IMG/VR virus record: IMGVR_UViG_3300017598_000261
Location: 1-38,947 of that record
Source of the DNA: a virus
DNA: 38,947 nucleotides
Direction: 5' to 3' (one strand)
Shown here: in pieces, positions 5,853 to 14,172 of the stretch
Position numbering within the stretch: position 1 is the first letter of the stretch
Layout: the number at the start of each line of letters is the position of its first letter
Program-made: the position numbers and the translations under genes
Notes under the pieces: model-generated
Told to the model about the DNA's origin: nothing
What the model saw: the letters and a program-made list of their open reading frames with translations, nothing else
Databases searched by the model: none

Positions 5853-8590
5853 TGGCACAAGCACCAAGAGATCAAAACTATATCCCAACTATTCTAGGTG
5901 TTTCTTCTATAGATAATGAAACTCCAACTCGTATTGCCGCCAATCCCACTACAGGAGCTCTTTTAATAGACTCAGACTCACTACAATCTGGATTAAACCC
6001 AATATACGCCCGTCTAGACCTAGCTAACCAACCTTTCATAGCAACAACAGACACAACAACAGCCTTTCAAATACAAGCCAATGACACTACTCCTGTCTTT
6101 AATGTAGATACTCTTAATCAGAGAGTTGGTATTGGTACTGATAGTCCAGAAGATCTATTACATATTCAGGGAACAACTTTACAAGGTATTCTTATAGAAA
6201 ACACAAACTCAGGCTCTTTGCCTAGATTATCTTTAAGAACAGATACTAATGAATGGAGATTCCAAGTACAAGGTAATTCTGGAGATTATTTCACTTTCAA
6301 AGACGTAACTAATAACACCGATATATTTAAGATTTACCCTGGAAGTCAAACAGACACACTCACTTTAAGAAATGACAAAGTGGGTCTAAACATAAACAAT
6401 CCAACTGCCAAGTTACATATAGTTGGTAGTGCAGATGAAATCCAACAAATAATCCAAGCCAACGCTACTCAAACATCAGACATATTCCAAATACAAAACT
6501 CATCGGGAACTGCTCAAATAGTTGTTGATGATGAATATAACGTGGGTATTGGTACTACTAGTCCAAGAGGTATTCTTGATATTGTATCTAGTGGAGGATC
6601 AACTGGCACACCACATGTATCAGCTGATGACTTTATTCTAGATATACAAACCACAGGAGGTTTTACTTTCTTAACCCCAGATGCTTCTTCATCTAATTTT
6701 TATATGGGAACACCAACCGAACCTAGGGGTGGGGCAATAAGGTGGAGCTACACAAATAGACTTCTAACAATTGGTACAAGGGTTAGTGATGCTGAGCTTA
6801 GCCTTGGTTCTGCTAATGCACAAGAGGCTATAAGAATAGATAAAAACGGTAATGTAGGTATTGGTACTGATAGTCCAGGAGGTGTGTTAGAGGTACACCC
6901 TGGAGGATCACAAACAGCTGGTGATATATTGGTGGATGGTGAAAATAAGACTGTATATATAGGTAGACAGTCAAGCACCTTTGGTGATGGGACTATTATA
7001 AACATGAGAAATAGAGTCGGGACTTCCATGTTTTATATAGATACAAATGGGGTGGGGTTATTAGGGATTGGAACAGCGAACCCTCAAACACTTCTACACC
7101 TATCGGGTCAAAACACAAAGGGTACAAGATCATATCTAACGCTTGGACATGAAGACGATGACACAGTTAACGACATCAGTAGGGTTGATACATACTCAAG
7201 TGCTAATAGAGTTGTAGCTAGGATAGCTGTTAAAACAAGTGGTATTGAGGATCGTGGTGGAAACATGAGTTTTTATACAGCCAATTCTGCAGGCGCTGCA
7301 CTCACCGAGCATATGAAGTTAGACAAAAGCGGCAGACTAGGCATAGGAACTAGCACACCAGCAGGGAAACTCCACGTTCAAGGATCAGCAGACGAAACCC
7401 AATCAATAATCCAAGCAAACGCAACTCAGACAAACAACTTAACAGAATGGCAAAATAGTAGTGGTGCTATTCTAGCCAGAGTTACTAGTGATGGATTTAT
7501 CGGATCTAATATAACCCCACCAGCCCCAATAAGTGCAAACTTAGTTGGTTCAGGTTTTCAAACATTAGCTTATTTTAGAAATACCCAAGCAGCTGCAACA
7601 GATGTTGGAGTTAGGATGCAATTTGCTGGTGTGGGAGGGGCAGTATTAGGATCATTTTACAGTGCTTGGGAGGGTGCAGCTTCTACTGACTCATTTTTTG
7701 GTATAGATACTAGGGGTAGTAATGTTGTTACTACAAAACTAAGGATTTCTTCATCAGGTAATGTTTTAATCAATGGCTTCACAGCCCCAACAATAGGCTT
7801 AACAGTTAAAGCAGCAGCATCCCAAACAGCCAACCTAACTGAATGGCAAAATAGTAGTGGGACATTGCAATCAGGAGTTAATGGCACTGGATACTTTGGA
7901 ATAGGTACAGCACCAGATAGTCAAACAGCTTTAAAGATTTATGAAACATTTGGATCAGGGTCAAGCACTCATGCCTTAATGGATTTAGAAGCTCAGTTTG
8001 GGTATTCAACAGGATCTACGCAAACAGGTATTAGAGTAGAAGCTAGAAGTAACACAGGTTCTACTACTGTTGCAGGTGCTTCTTTCACTGCTAGAAACCA
8101 GTCAAGTGCTACCCTAAAAAACGCAATAGGATTTAGTACAAGAACTAGAAATGGACTAGCTGGTGGAACCATAACAACCTCAAGAGGTTTCTTGGTTCAA
8201 ACACCAATCAACGCTGGAACTATAACAACTAACTATGGTCTTTACATTGAAGATCAAAACACAGCAACTACAGACTACTCAATCTATACTAACTCAGGTG
8301 ATGTAAGACTAGGGGATACATTAGAAACAGCTGGTGACAGAATCAAATCAACAGAAACAAGCACAACTACAGCTACCATGAGTGATGATGTGGAAATACA
8401 CATTTGTAACGGTACTAGTGATTACATACTTACATTACCAACAACAGTAACGGGGAAAGAAATCAAGATTATAAATAAGAACACCTCAACCGTAACGCTG
8501 TCAGGATCAATTAGTAGTATATCGGCAACAAGTATATTATATTCAGGAGAATCAATCGTACTGATATATGATGGTAGTGAGTGGATTTAA
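5852..8590 (+). CDS. Tail fibre protein with internal repeats.
   Basis: 912 aa. Recurrent (V/L)GIGT..P...LH(I/V) motifs (at least 6 copies) and three copies of a longer GSADE.Q.IIQANATQT...QNSSG module. Thr/Ser/Gly-rich. Confidence 0.8.
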   Translation: MAQAPRDQNYIPTILGVSSIDNETPTRIAANPTTGALLIDSDSLQSGLNPIYARLDLANQPFIATTDTTTAFQIQANDTTPVFNVDTLNQRVGIGTDSPEDLLHIQGTTLQGILIENTNSGSLPRLSLRTDTNEWRFQVQGNSGDYFTFKDVTNNTDIFKIYPGSQTDTLTLRNDKVGLNINNPTAKLHIVGSADEIQQIIQANATQTSDIFQIQNSSGTAQIVVDDEYNVGIGTTSPRGILDIVSSGGSTGTPHVSADDFILDIQTTGGFTFLTPDASSSNFYMGTPTEPRGGAIRWSYTNRLLTIGTRVSDAELSLGSANAQEAIRIDKNGNVGIGTDSPGGVLEVHPGGSQTAGDILVDGENKTVYIGRQSSTFGDGTIINMRNRVGTSMFYIDTNGVGLLGIGTANPQTLLHLSGQNTKGTRSYLTLGHEDDDTVNDISRVDTYSSANRVVARIAVKTSGIEDRGGNMSFYTANSAGAALTEHMKLDKSGRLGIGTSTPAGKLHVQGSADETQSIIQANATQTNNLTEWQNSSGAILARVTSDGFIGSNITPPAPISANLVGSGFQTLAYFRNTQAAATDVGVRMQFAGVGGAVLGSFYSAWEGAASTDSFFGIDTRGSNVVTTKLRISSSGNVLINGFTAPTIGLTVKAAASQTANLTEWQNSSGTLQSGVNGTGYFGIGTAPDSQTALKIYETFGSGSSTHALMDLEAQFGYSTGSTQTGIRVEARSNTGSTTVAGASFTARNQSSATLKNAIGFSTRTRNGLAGGTITTSRGFLVQTPINAGTITTNYGLYIEDQNTATTDYSIYTNSGDVRLGDTLETAGDRIKSTETSTTTATMSDDVEIHICNGTSDYILTLPTTVTGKEIKIINKNTSTVTLSGSISSISATSILYSGESIVLIYDGSEWI

Positions 8591-8607
8591 TTTTAAAGGA
8601 ATAAACT

Positions 8608-9387
8608 ATGTCAGAATCAACAATAAGGCAAACACCAGAATGGAGACTGGAAGTAGCTAGGGGAAATGTTCCTAGAGTCTCTATATTCGAAAAATTTGGT
8701 AAGAATAATGATATTGATACAGGATCAGCACCAGAGGATATATGGAATGGTGGGGGTGATTATACTGGGTTTCCAACGGGATCAGCTGAGACTATGGAGA
8801 TTAGATCAAGCCGTGGAGATGACACATCTGGTGGTACAGGTGCTAGAACAGTAAAGATTTTCAACTTACTAGACGGTACAGGGGCGGAAATGCCAGACGT
8901 AGAAGTAACTCTGAACGGTACTAGTTGGGTATCACTTGGTGTTAGCACATACTATCGGGGGGGTAGTAGAATAAAGGTGACTAGTGCTGGGTCTGGTGGG
9001 ACAAATGCAGGAGAAATAACGCTAAGACATACAACTACCACATCGAATATATTTGCAGTTATGCCTAGTGGTTTAAACCAAACCGCTATGGCAGCTTATA
9101 CAGTACCTCTGGGTAAGACCTTATACATAAGTAGAGCTAATGCGCAAATGGTTAGAGCTAACGGGTCACCTGGTTCTGCTACAGTCTCGATAAGAAATAG
9201 GGAGTATGGCGGTGTTTTCAATACAACCGTCGTGCCAGCAATTTCGCACAGCAATTCTTATACATTCGAGAATAATGGCTGGTTTGTATATCCAGCTCGT
9301 ACAGATATAAAGTGGAGATGTGAAGATGTTTCAGACAATAACACCATCATAACTGGAGAATTTGGTGGGGTTTTAATAGATGACTAA
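8608..9387 (+). CDS. Hypothetical protein, putative tail-associated/structural.
   Basis: 259-aa ORF with AAAGGAA upstream. Its position directly after the fibre gene is the only functional evidence. Confidence 0.6.
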   Translation: MSESTIRQTPEWRLEVARGNVPRVSIFEKFGKNNDIDTGSAPEDIWNGGGDYTGFPTGSAETMEIRSSRGDDTSGGTGARTVKIFNLLDGTGAEMPDVEVTLNGTSWVSLGVSTYYRGGSRIKVTSAGSGGTNAGEITLRHTTTTSNIFAVMPSGLNQTAMAAYTVPLGKTLYISRANAQMVRANGSPGSATVSIRNREYGGVFNTTVVPAISHSNSYTFENNGWFVYPARTDIKWRCEDVSDNNTIITGEFGGVLIDD

Positions 9388-9450
9388 TTTAATTTTTCAT
9401 TTAGAACAAAGGCAAGAAAAGTAACAGTATAGTAATTAACGAAAGGAATC

Positions 9451-9822
9451 ATGGGACTTAAACTAAAAGAGGGTAAAACCTTCAACAACCCCTATAACGG
9501 TGAAATAACCACCGCATATCTAAATATTAAACAAATCAACGGGAATGATTCTCGTAAGGATAAAGTCTTTACAATAGAGATCTACACAAGTGAAGATTAT
9601 AAAGAAACTGGAGCAAGACCAATTCATTCAGAATCAGTAACAGTTACTGGTGATGAGTGGGCTACATGGTTTCACCCAGAAGTATTAGCAAGTGCTGATT
9701 GCAACCAAAACAAGCAGTCTTATGCTTACACCCTCCAACTAGAGCACAACACTGGAACTGAAGAAGAGCCAGTAATGGAACTAGTTTGGGGTGATTGGGA
9801 AAATACTGAAGATGAGGTATAA
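9451..9822 (+). CDS. Hypothetical protein.
   Basis: 123-aa ORF with an AAAGGAA SD. Confidence 0.6.
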   Translation: MGLKLKEGKTFNNPYNGEITTAYLNIKQINGNDSRKDKVFTIEIYTSEDYKETGARPIHSESVTVTGDEWATWFHPEVLASADCNQNKQSYAYTLQLEHNTGTEEEPVMELVWGDWENTEDEV

Positions 9823-9852
9823 TAAATTGTAATCTATATTACAAAGGAAACT

Positions 9853-10020
9853 ATGAAAATTGATGAAGCAATAAATCTAGTAAAACAAGTAATAAGTGCT
9901 TACAAGGGAAACCTTCAGGAGCATCAAGCACTACAAACAGCAATGGGAGTAATTGAGAATGAAATTAAAAAAACCAAAACTAAAACTGAAGAAAAAAAAG
10001 TTGAAGCTAAGAAAGCCTAA
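9853..10020 (+). CDS. Hypothetical 55-aa protein (not in the ORF track, below its size cut-off).
   Basis: AAAGGAAACT precedes the ATG. Translates MKIDEAINLVKQVISAYKGNLQEHQALQTAMGVIENEIKKTKTKTEEKKVEAKKA*. Fills an otherwise empty gap. Confidence 0.5.
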   Translation: MKIDEAINLVKQVISAYKGNLQEHQALQTAMGVIENEIKKTKTKTEEKKVEAKKA

Positions 10021-10044
10021 ACTCTTTAAAAGAAAGACAAAAAA

Positions 10045-10272
10045 ATGACAGATGAGGATATCTTATTGAAAATCGATGAACTCGAACAAACAATAGATAA
10101 CCTCGCCAATAACCCAAGTGCGTATTCAGTAAGTATCTTAAAAGAGGTACTGGAAAAAACACTAAACAATAAGGGTAGAGATAACAAAATGAATACAATC
10201 ATAATACTACTATCAGTTCTTGTATCACTAGGTGTTTTTAACCTAATTAGTTTATGGGGACTTGCAGAATGA
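10045..10272 (+). CDS. Small membrane protein of the lysis cassette (holin/spanin-like, C-terminal TM).
   Basis: The C-terminus NTIIILLSVLVSLGVFNLISLWGL is a hydrophobic helix. ATGA overlap with the next gene. Confidence 0.5.
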   Translation: MTDEDILLKIDELEQTIDNLANNPSAYSVSILKEVLEKTLNNKGRDNKMNTIIILLSVLVSLGVFNLISLWGLAE

Positions 10273-10565
10273 AAGGTGCACCTTTGATAACTGAAAAAGA
10301 GTGGTTAACTAATCAATTTGATGATGTTAAGAAGTCTATAAAAGAACTTCGGGAAATATTACTGGGTCGACATGGTGAGGATGGTATAGCACATAGAGTG
10401 CATGATATAGAGTTAGATCTAGTTAAGATGAAAGCAAAGAGTAAATATAACACATTGAAGATGTACAGAATTATGGCTATAATGTTTGTTGTAGGTGCAC
10501 TTTTATTTATAAAAGAATCAAGAGATGTATTAACTAAAATATTTTTAGGATATATCCTACCTTAG
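10269..10565 (+). CDS. Small membrane protein of the lysis cassette (C-terminal TM).
   Basis: I prefer ATG 10269 (ATGA overlap) over the track's 10254 start. MYRIMAIMFVVGALLFI is a TM helix. Confidence 0.5.
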   Translation: MKGAPLITEKEWLTNQFDDVKKSIKELREILLGRHGEDGIAHRVHDIELDLVKMKAKSKYNTLKMYRIMAIMFVVGALLFIKESRDVLTKIFLGYILP

Positions 10566-10581
10566 AAAGTACCAGGGGTTT

Positions 10582-11625
10582 ATGACAACAAAACAATTTA
10601 TTGATAAATATAACGGTAAAAAGGTTGACTGGGATGGAGCTTACGGGGCTCAATGTGTAGATTTATTTAGGTTTTTCAATAATGAGGTTTTGGAGATATC
10701 ACAACCTAAGGGTGTAAATGGAGCAAAAGACTTCTGGTCTAACTACGCATCAGATCCCAACCTTTACAACAACTTTGACAAGATTTCAAACACCGCAGAT
10801 TTTATCCCTAAAGAAGGTGATGTAATGATATGGACTGGTCACTATGGTCCTTATGGTCACATAGCTATAGTTTCTGACAACAAAGCCGATCTTAACAGGT
10901 TTAGAACCCTCTCACAGAATGATCCAAGTGGTAGAGAATCACACATAAAGGAATACTCATATAAAAGTGTGTATGGTGTATTGAGACCAAAGAACTTACC
11001 AACAGATAACCCTGAACCCATTCCCGATGAACCCAGTGATGACATACTTGATTTCTTAAACGCTGGCAACTCAGACGAAGCGAAAAAAAAACTTATTGAA
11101 CACCTCGGACAAAAAGACAACAAATGTCACTGGGGAGCAGATAGAGGAGCAGGTTATCTCGGACAAGCCAGAGAGGATGTTAAAAGACTCACAGAAGAAA
11201 ATGCAAAACTTAAAGAAGAGAATAGTGATCTTAGAGGAGAAAAAACAAGTTTTGAAACTAGGGCGAAAGACTCTGAAAAGAAGCATAACGATTTTGTATC
11301 TCAACTTGCTCAAAAACTTGGTAGTGAAGGCACTGAATCTGTTATCCTTGGTGAAGTAGAAAGACTAATTACAAGCGAGTCAGATACCCAAAAACAGGTT
11401 AAGACACTCCAATCAGCTATGGAAGATCAGAGGCGTAAGTATGAGGATGAAATCAGTAGTTTAAAGAAATCCTTTGAAACACAAAACAGCAAGCTTGAAG
11501 AGATGATAGTACAAAACAAACGTCTTATTGGAAGAGTTGAGGAACTGGAAGAGCAGAAGGAAACAACAAAGCGTATCAATCAAATCATAGCTAATTTTAT
11601 AAACCTATTCAAGAAAGGGAAGTAA
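10582..11625 (+). CDS. Endolysin: N-terminal CHAP domain plus a long C-terminal coiled coil.
   Basis: CHAP catalytic Cys context YGAQCVDLFRFF and His context GPYGHIAIVSDN. The C-terminal ~170 aa is heptad-like and charged (LTEENAKLKEENSDLRGEK...). Confidence 0.8.
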   Translation: MTTKQFIDKYNGKKVDWDGAYGAQCVDLFRFFNNEVLEISQPKGVNGAKDFWSNYASDPNLYNNFDKISNTADFIPKEGDVMIWTGHYGPYGHIAIVSDNKADLNRFRTLSQNDPSGRESHIKEYSYKSVYGVLRPKNLPTDNPEPIPDEPSDDILDFLNAGNSDEAKKKLIEHLGQKDNKCHWGADRGAGYLGQAREDVKRLTEENAKLKEENSDLRGEKTSFETRAKDSEKKHNDFVSQLAQKLGSEGTESVILGEVERLITSESDTQKQVKTLQSAMEDQRRKYEDEISSLKKSFETQNSKLEEMIVQNKRLIGRVEELEEQKETTKRINQIIANFINLFKKGK

Positions 11626-11843
11626 TGGCAAAAAAACAAATATCACCACGAGGTGAATTACTCAAACAAGATCTTATGAAGGTCGGTAAGGGTGCAATGA
11701 TTGCTGGGGGTGGTGCATTTGCAACCTACCTACTCCAAGGGCTCACACAAGTAGACTATGGTGATTGGACTCCAGTCGTAGTAGCACTACTCAGTGTAAT
11801 TATCAACTTTGTACGTAAATACATCACAGAGAATAAATATTAA
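11625..11843 (+). CDS. Holin-like protein (two predicted TM helices).
   Basis: 72 aa. Hydrophobic segments GAMIAGGGAFATYLLQGL and WTPVVVALLSVIINFV with a charged C-terminus. Located directly after the endolysin. Confidence 0.6.
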   Translation: MAKKQISPRGELLKQDLMKVGKGAMIAGGGAFATYLLQGLTQVDYGDWTPVVVALLSVIINFVRKYITENKY

Positions 11844-12128
11844 GTGAGTAGACGGGGTTATGAATTTCCCGACTCAATAAAAGAATCCGCAAGAACAGAG
11901 TGGCATAAGAAAAATCCAGGACATGAAGATGCAAATATAGAAGTACATCATATCTTGAATATACACTATGCAATACTCCATGATGTTCCAAAAGAGGCGG
12001 TAAAATCAGGTTTAAATGCGGTTGCAGTTAGAAGAAAGTTTCATAAAGAAATACATAGAGAGCAGGTAGACGAAGATCAAGAAGAGTTTGCTAATTGGTT
12101 TAAGAGTATATGGGCTAAATTATTTTAA
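11844..12128 (+). CDS. Small HNH-motif nuclease-like protein.
   Basis: GTG start directly after the preceding stop. IEVHHIL...NAVAVRRKFHKEIH resembles the H-N-H core. Confidence 0.45.
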   Translation: MSRRGYEFPDSIKESARTEWHKKNPGHEDANIEVHHILNIHYAILHDVPKEAVKSGLNAVAVRRKFHKEIHREQVDEDQEEFANWFKSIWAKLF

Positions 12129-12523
12129 TGGATAAAAGGATTTTTATGAAACCAGACATCTTCACAATGTTACACAACTTCACAGAAGATAGACCCGTAA
12201 TGAAAGAAGATAATGCAGACATAAACGCATACCTCACAATGATGATGCGTGAGTTTATAGAGCTAACTGATGCTATAGAGCTAGAGCAAGGTGTTGATGC
12301 AATAGCCGAAGAAGCCTCTGATTTAGTCATAATGGCGATTGGTTTAATAGAATTGATAGGTAGAGACCCAGAAACCCAAATAAGGGAAAAAATACTATTC
12401 AACATCCTCAGATACTGGGCTGTATTATTTAATGGCGATTATGACTATCCAGAAGCCAGAGCCATAGCAAAAACTAAATTTACTCAGGAAGATAAAGATG
12501 AAATATATGAAGAGGGGTTATGA
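12128..12523 (+). CDS. MazG-like all-alpha NTP pyrophosphohydrolase.
   Basis: MMMREFIELTDAIE...AEEASDLVIMAIGLIELIG...IREKI matches the E..E / E..D helix pattern of MazG-type enzymes. Confidence 0.55.
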   Translation: MDKRIFMKPDIFTMLHNFTEDRPVMKEDNADINAYLTMMMREFIELTDAIELEQGVDAIAEEASDLVIMAIGLIELIGRDPETQIREKILFNILRYWAVLFNGDYDYPEARAIAKTKFTQEDKDEIYEEGL

Positions 12524-12579
12524 AATATATAGATTTATTTGCTATTGATAAAGCCATATAAACAATGTATTATTAGTTA

Positions 12580-13188
12580 ATGAAAAGAAATAAAAAAGGT
12601 CAATTCATCAAAGGTACAAACGGAAGCACTTATGAAGGATTTGGTATTTGGTACAGTTCAAAAGGTTATCCAATTATATGGATTGATGGAAAATCTATAA
12701 AACTACATATTTATGTTTGGGAAAAAGAAAATGGAAGTAAACCAAAAGGTTATCAAATTCATCATATAGATAACAATAAGAAGAATTACTTATTAGAAAA
12801 CTTACAGTTAGTTACTCAATCAGATCACTTTAGAATACATGCTGGTTGGGTTAGTGAAGATGGTGAGTGGACAAAGAAGCCGTGTTCTACTTGTAAGAGA
12901 AAGTTATCATTAGATAGATTTTATCAAAGAAAAGGACATACACCATCAAATCACTGTATTGAATGTAGTAAATCTAATTGGTTAAAAGAAGCAAGAAAAA
13001 AAGGAATAAAACAAAAAAGATATATTGTTCCAAATTCAGATGGTAATTATGAATGTGCTGATTGTGGAAACTATAAGGCAATCTCAGAGTTCAAACTTGG
13101 AGCTTCTGGAAAACCTCAAAGTTATTGTAAAAAGTGTTTTAATATAAGGCAAAAAATATGCAGAAAAAAAAGAAACTCTCAATCCTGA
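12580..13188 (+). CDS. HNH homing endonuclease with C-terminal Cys-rich zinc fingers.
   Basis: YQIHHIDNNKKNYLLENLQLVTQSDHFRIH is a classic HNH_3 core. Followed by CSTCKR...CIECSK and CADCGN...CKKCFN. Confidence 0.8.
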   Translation: MKRNKKGQFIKGTNGSTYEGFGIWYSSKGYPIIWIDGKSIKLHIYVWEKENGSKPKGYQIHHIDNNKKNYLLENLQLVTQSDHFRIHAGWVSEDGEWTKKPCSTCKRKLSLDRFYQRKGHTPSNHCIECSKSNWLKEARKKGIKQKRYIVPNSDGNYECADCGNYKAISEFKLGASGKPQSYCKKCFNIRQKICRKKRNSQS

Positions 13189-13766
13189 ATTTATACTCTG
13201 GAATTGGTGGCAACAGAAAGCTTTGGAGTGATGAACACGAAGTAACATCTGTAGAATATAACGAACAGATAGCGGTTATATATAAAGACTTATTCCCCAA
13301 AGACACCCTTGTTATCGGTGATGCTCATGAATACTTATTAAACCACTTTAGTGAGTATGATTTCATATGGTCAAGCCCCCCATGTCAGACTCACTCTAGT
13401 TTTAGGCAGAATATAGGAGTCAGGTATAGGGGAGTTAAGCCATTATATCCAGATATGAGACTCTATCAAGAGATATTGTTTTTACAGACAAACTTTAAAG
13501 GTAAATGGATAGTAGAAAATGTTAAGCCCTATTACAAGCCACTCATAGAGCCTACAGCAGTATTACAGCGTCACTACTTCTGGTCTAACTTTGACATACC
13601 AGAGGCTAAGTTTGAACATGACAAGATAAGATCAGCACAGATACCAGACCTACAGAAGTTACATGGTGTAGATCTATCAGGATATAAGATCAAAAACAAA
13701 CGACAGGTGCTAAGAAATTGTGTGTACTCTCCTATAGGAAAACATATTTTAGATTTGATACAGTAA
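13158..13766 (+). CDS. Very short DNA (cytosine-5) methyltransferase.
   Basis: Motif I LYSGIGG, motif IV SPPCQ, motif VI ENV, QRHYFW (VIII-like), RNCVYSP (X-like). Only 202 aa, so almost no room for a target-recognition domain. Confidence 0.7.
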   Translation: MQKKKKLSILNLYSGIGGNRKLWSDEHEVTSVEYNEQIAVIYKDLFPKDTLVIGDAHEYLLNHFSEYDFIWSSPPCQTHSSFRQNIGVRYRGVKPLYPDMRLYQEILFLQTNFKGKWIVENVKPYYKPLIEPTAVLQRHYFWSNFDIPEAKFEHDKIRSAQIPDLQKLHGVDLSGYKIKNKRQVLRNCVYSPIGKHILDLIQ

Positions 13767-13773
13767 GTGGTAC

Positions 13774-13802
13774 TTGCAATCTTCAATCAAATGATTCATA
13801 TT
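13774..13802 (+). promoter_or_regulatory. Sigma70-type promoter candidate (TTGCAA-N17-CATATT).
   Basis: TTGCAA 13774-13779, 17-nt spacer, CATATT 13797-13802. Shares the upstream string TACTTGCA with the promoter at 14054. Confidence 0.45.
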
Positions 13803-13810
13803 ACTAATAC

Positions 13811-13940
13811 CTAACTTTGTCCTTACCCATCAGTAAATCGAAGTTAGACTTTTCCACCTTGTGCTACCCTCCGATGTACAGGGTGGAGAAAACGAATATT
13901 ATCTTGTGCAAAAACCCATGCTCGCCCGTGGGTTTCTTGT
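13811..13940 (+). ncRNA. Candidate structured small RNA (three stem-loops, the last terminator-like).
   Basis: Stem 1: CTAACTT 13811-13817 / AAGTTAG 13841-13847. Stem 2: about 15 bp, 13850-13864 / 13876-13892. Stem 3: AAACCCATG 13912-13920 / CGTGGGTTT 13927-13935, followed by CTTGTT. No ORF. Confidence 0.35.
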
Positions 13941-13948
13941 TATATAAT
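13938..13948 (+). promoter_or_regulatory. Extended -10 promoter driving the tRNA.
   Basis: TGTTATATAAT. The TATAAT ends 8 nt before tRNA position 1. Confidence 0.5.
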
Positions 13949-13956
13949 ACCCACAC

Positions 13957-14029
13957 GCCTCTATAGCTCAGCTGGAAGAGCAACAATTTTGTAAATTGTA
14001 GGTCAAAGGTTCGATTCCTTTTAGAGGCT
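13957..14029 (+). tRNA. tRNA-Thr (anticodon UGU).
   Basis: Hand-folded cloverleaf. Acceptor GCCTCTA/TAGAGGC (7 bp), D stem GCTC/GAGC, anticodon stem ACAAT/ATTGT with loop TTTGTAA, variable AGGTC, T stem AAAGG/CCTTT with loop TTCGATT, discriminator T. No encoded CCA. Confidence 0.9.
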
Positions 14030-14053
14030 CATGTTCGTATCAGAAAGATCTAC

Positions 14054-14082
14054 TTGCACCACATATATTTTAGGTATATATT
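14054..14082 (+). promoter_or_regulatory. Sigma70-type promoter candidate for the replication operon (TTGCAC-N17-TATATT).
   Basis: TTGCAC 14054-14059, 17-nt spacer, TATATT 14077-14082. Same TACTTGCA context as at 13771. Confidence 0.45.
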
Positions 14083-14142
14083 TATAAGTAATGAAAAAAG
14101 TAACGACGAACTTCAAAATAAAAATAAATTGAATTTTTAAAC

Positions 14143-14172
14143 CAGCAGGTGTTCTTCGTCGTTCGCCTGCTG
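14143..14172 (+). promoter_or_regulatory. 5' UTR hairpin just upstream of the SD of the replication initiator gene.
   Basis: CAGCAGG 14143-14149 / CCTGCTG 14166-14172. Its loop contains TTCGTCGTT (14155-14163), complementary to AACGACGAA (14102-14110). Confidence 0.4.

Noticed and set aside
5852-8590. Diversity-generating retroelement acting on the repeat-containing tail fibre.
   Set aside because: No reverse transcriptase gene is present anywhere in the genome. There is no non-coding template repeat with adenine-specific differences. The repeats are in-frame protein modules.
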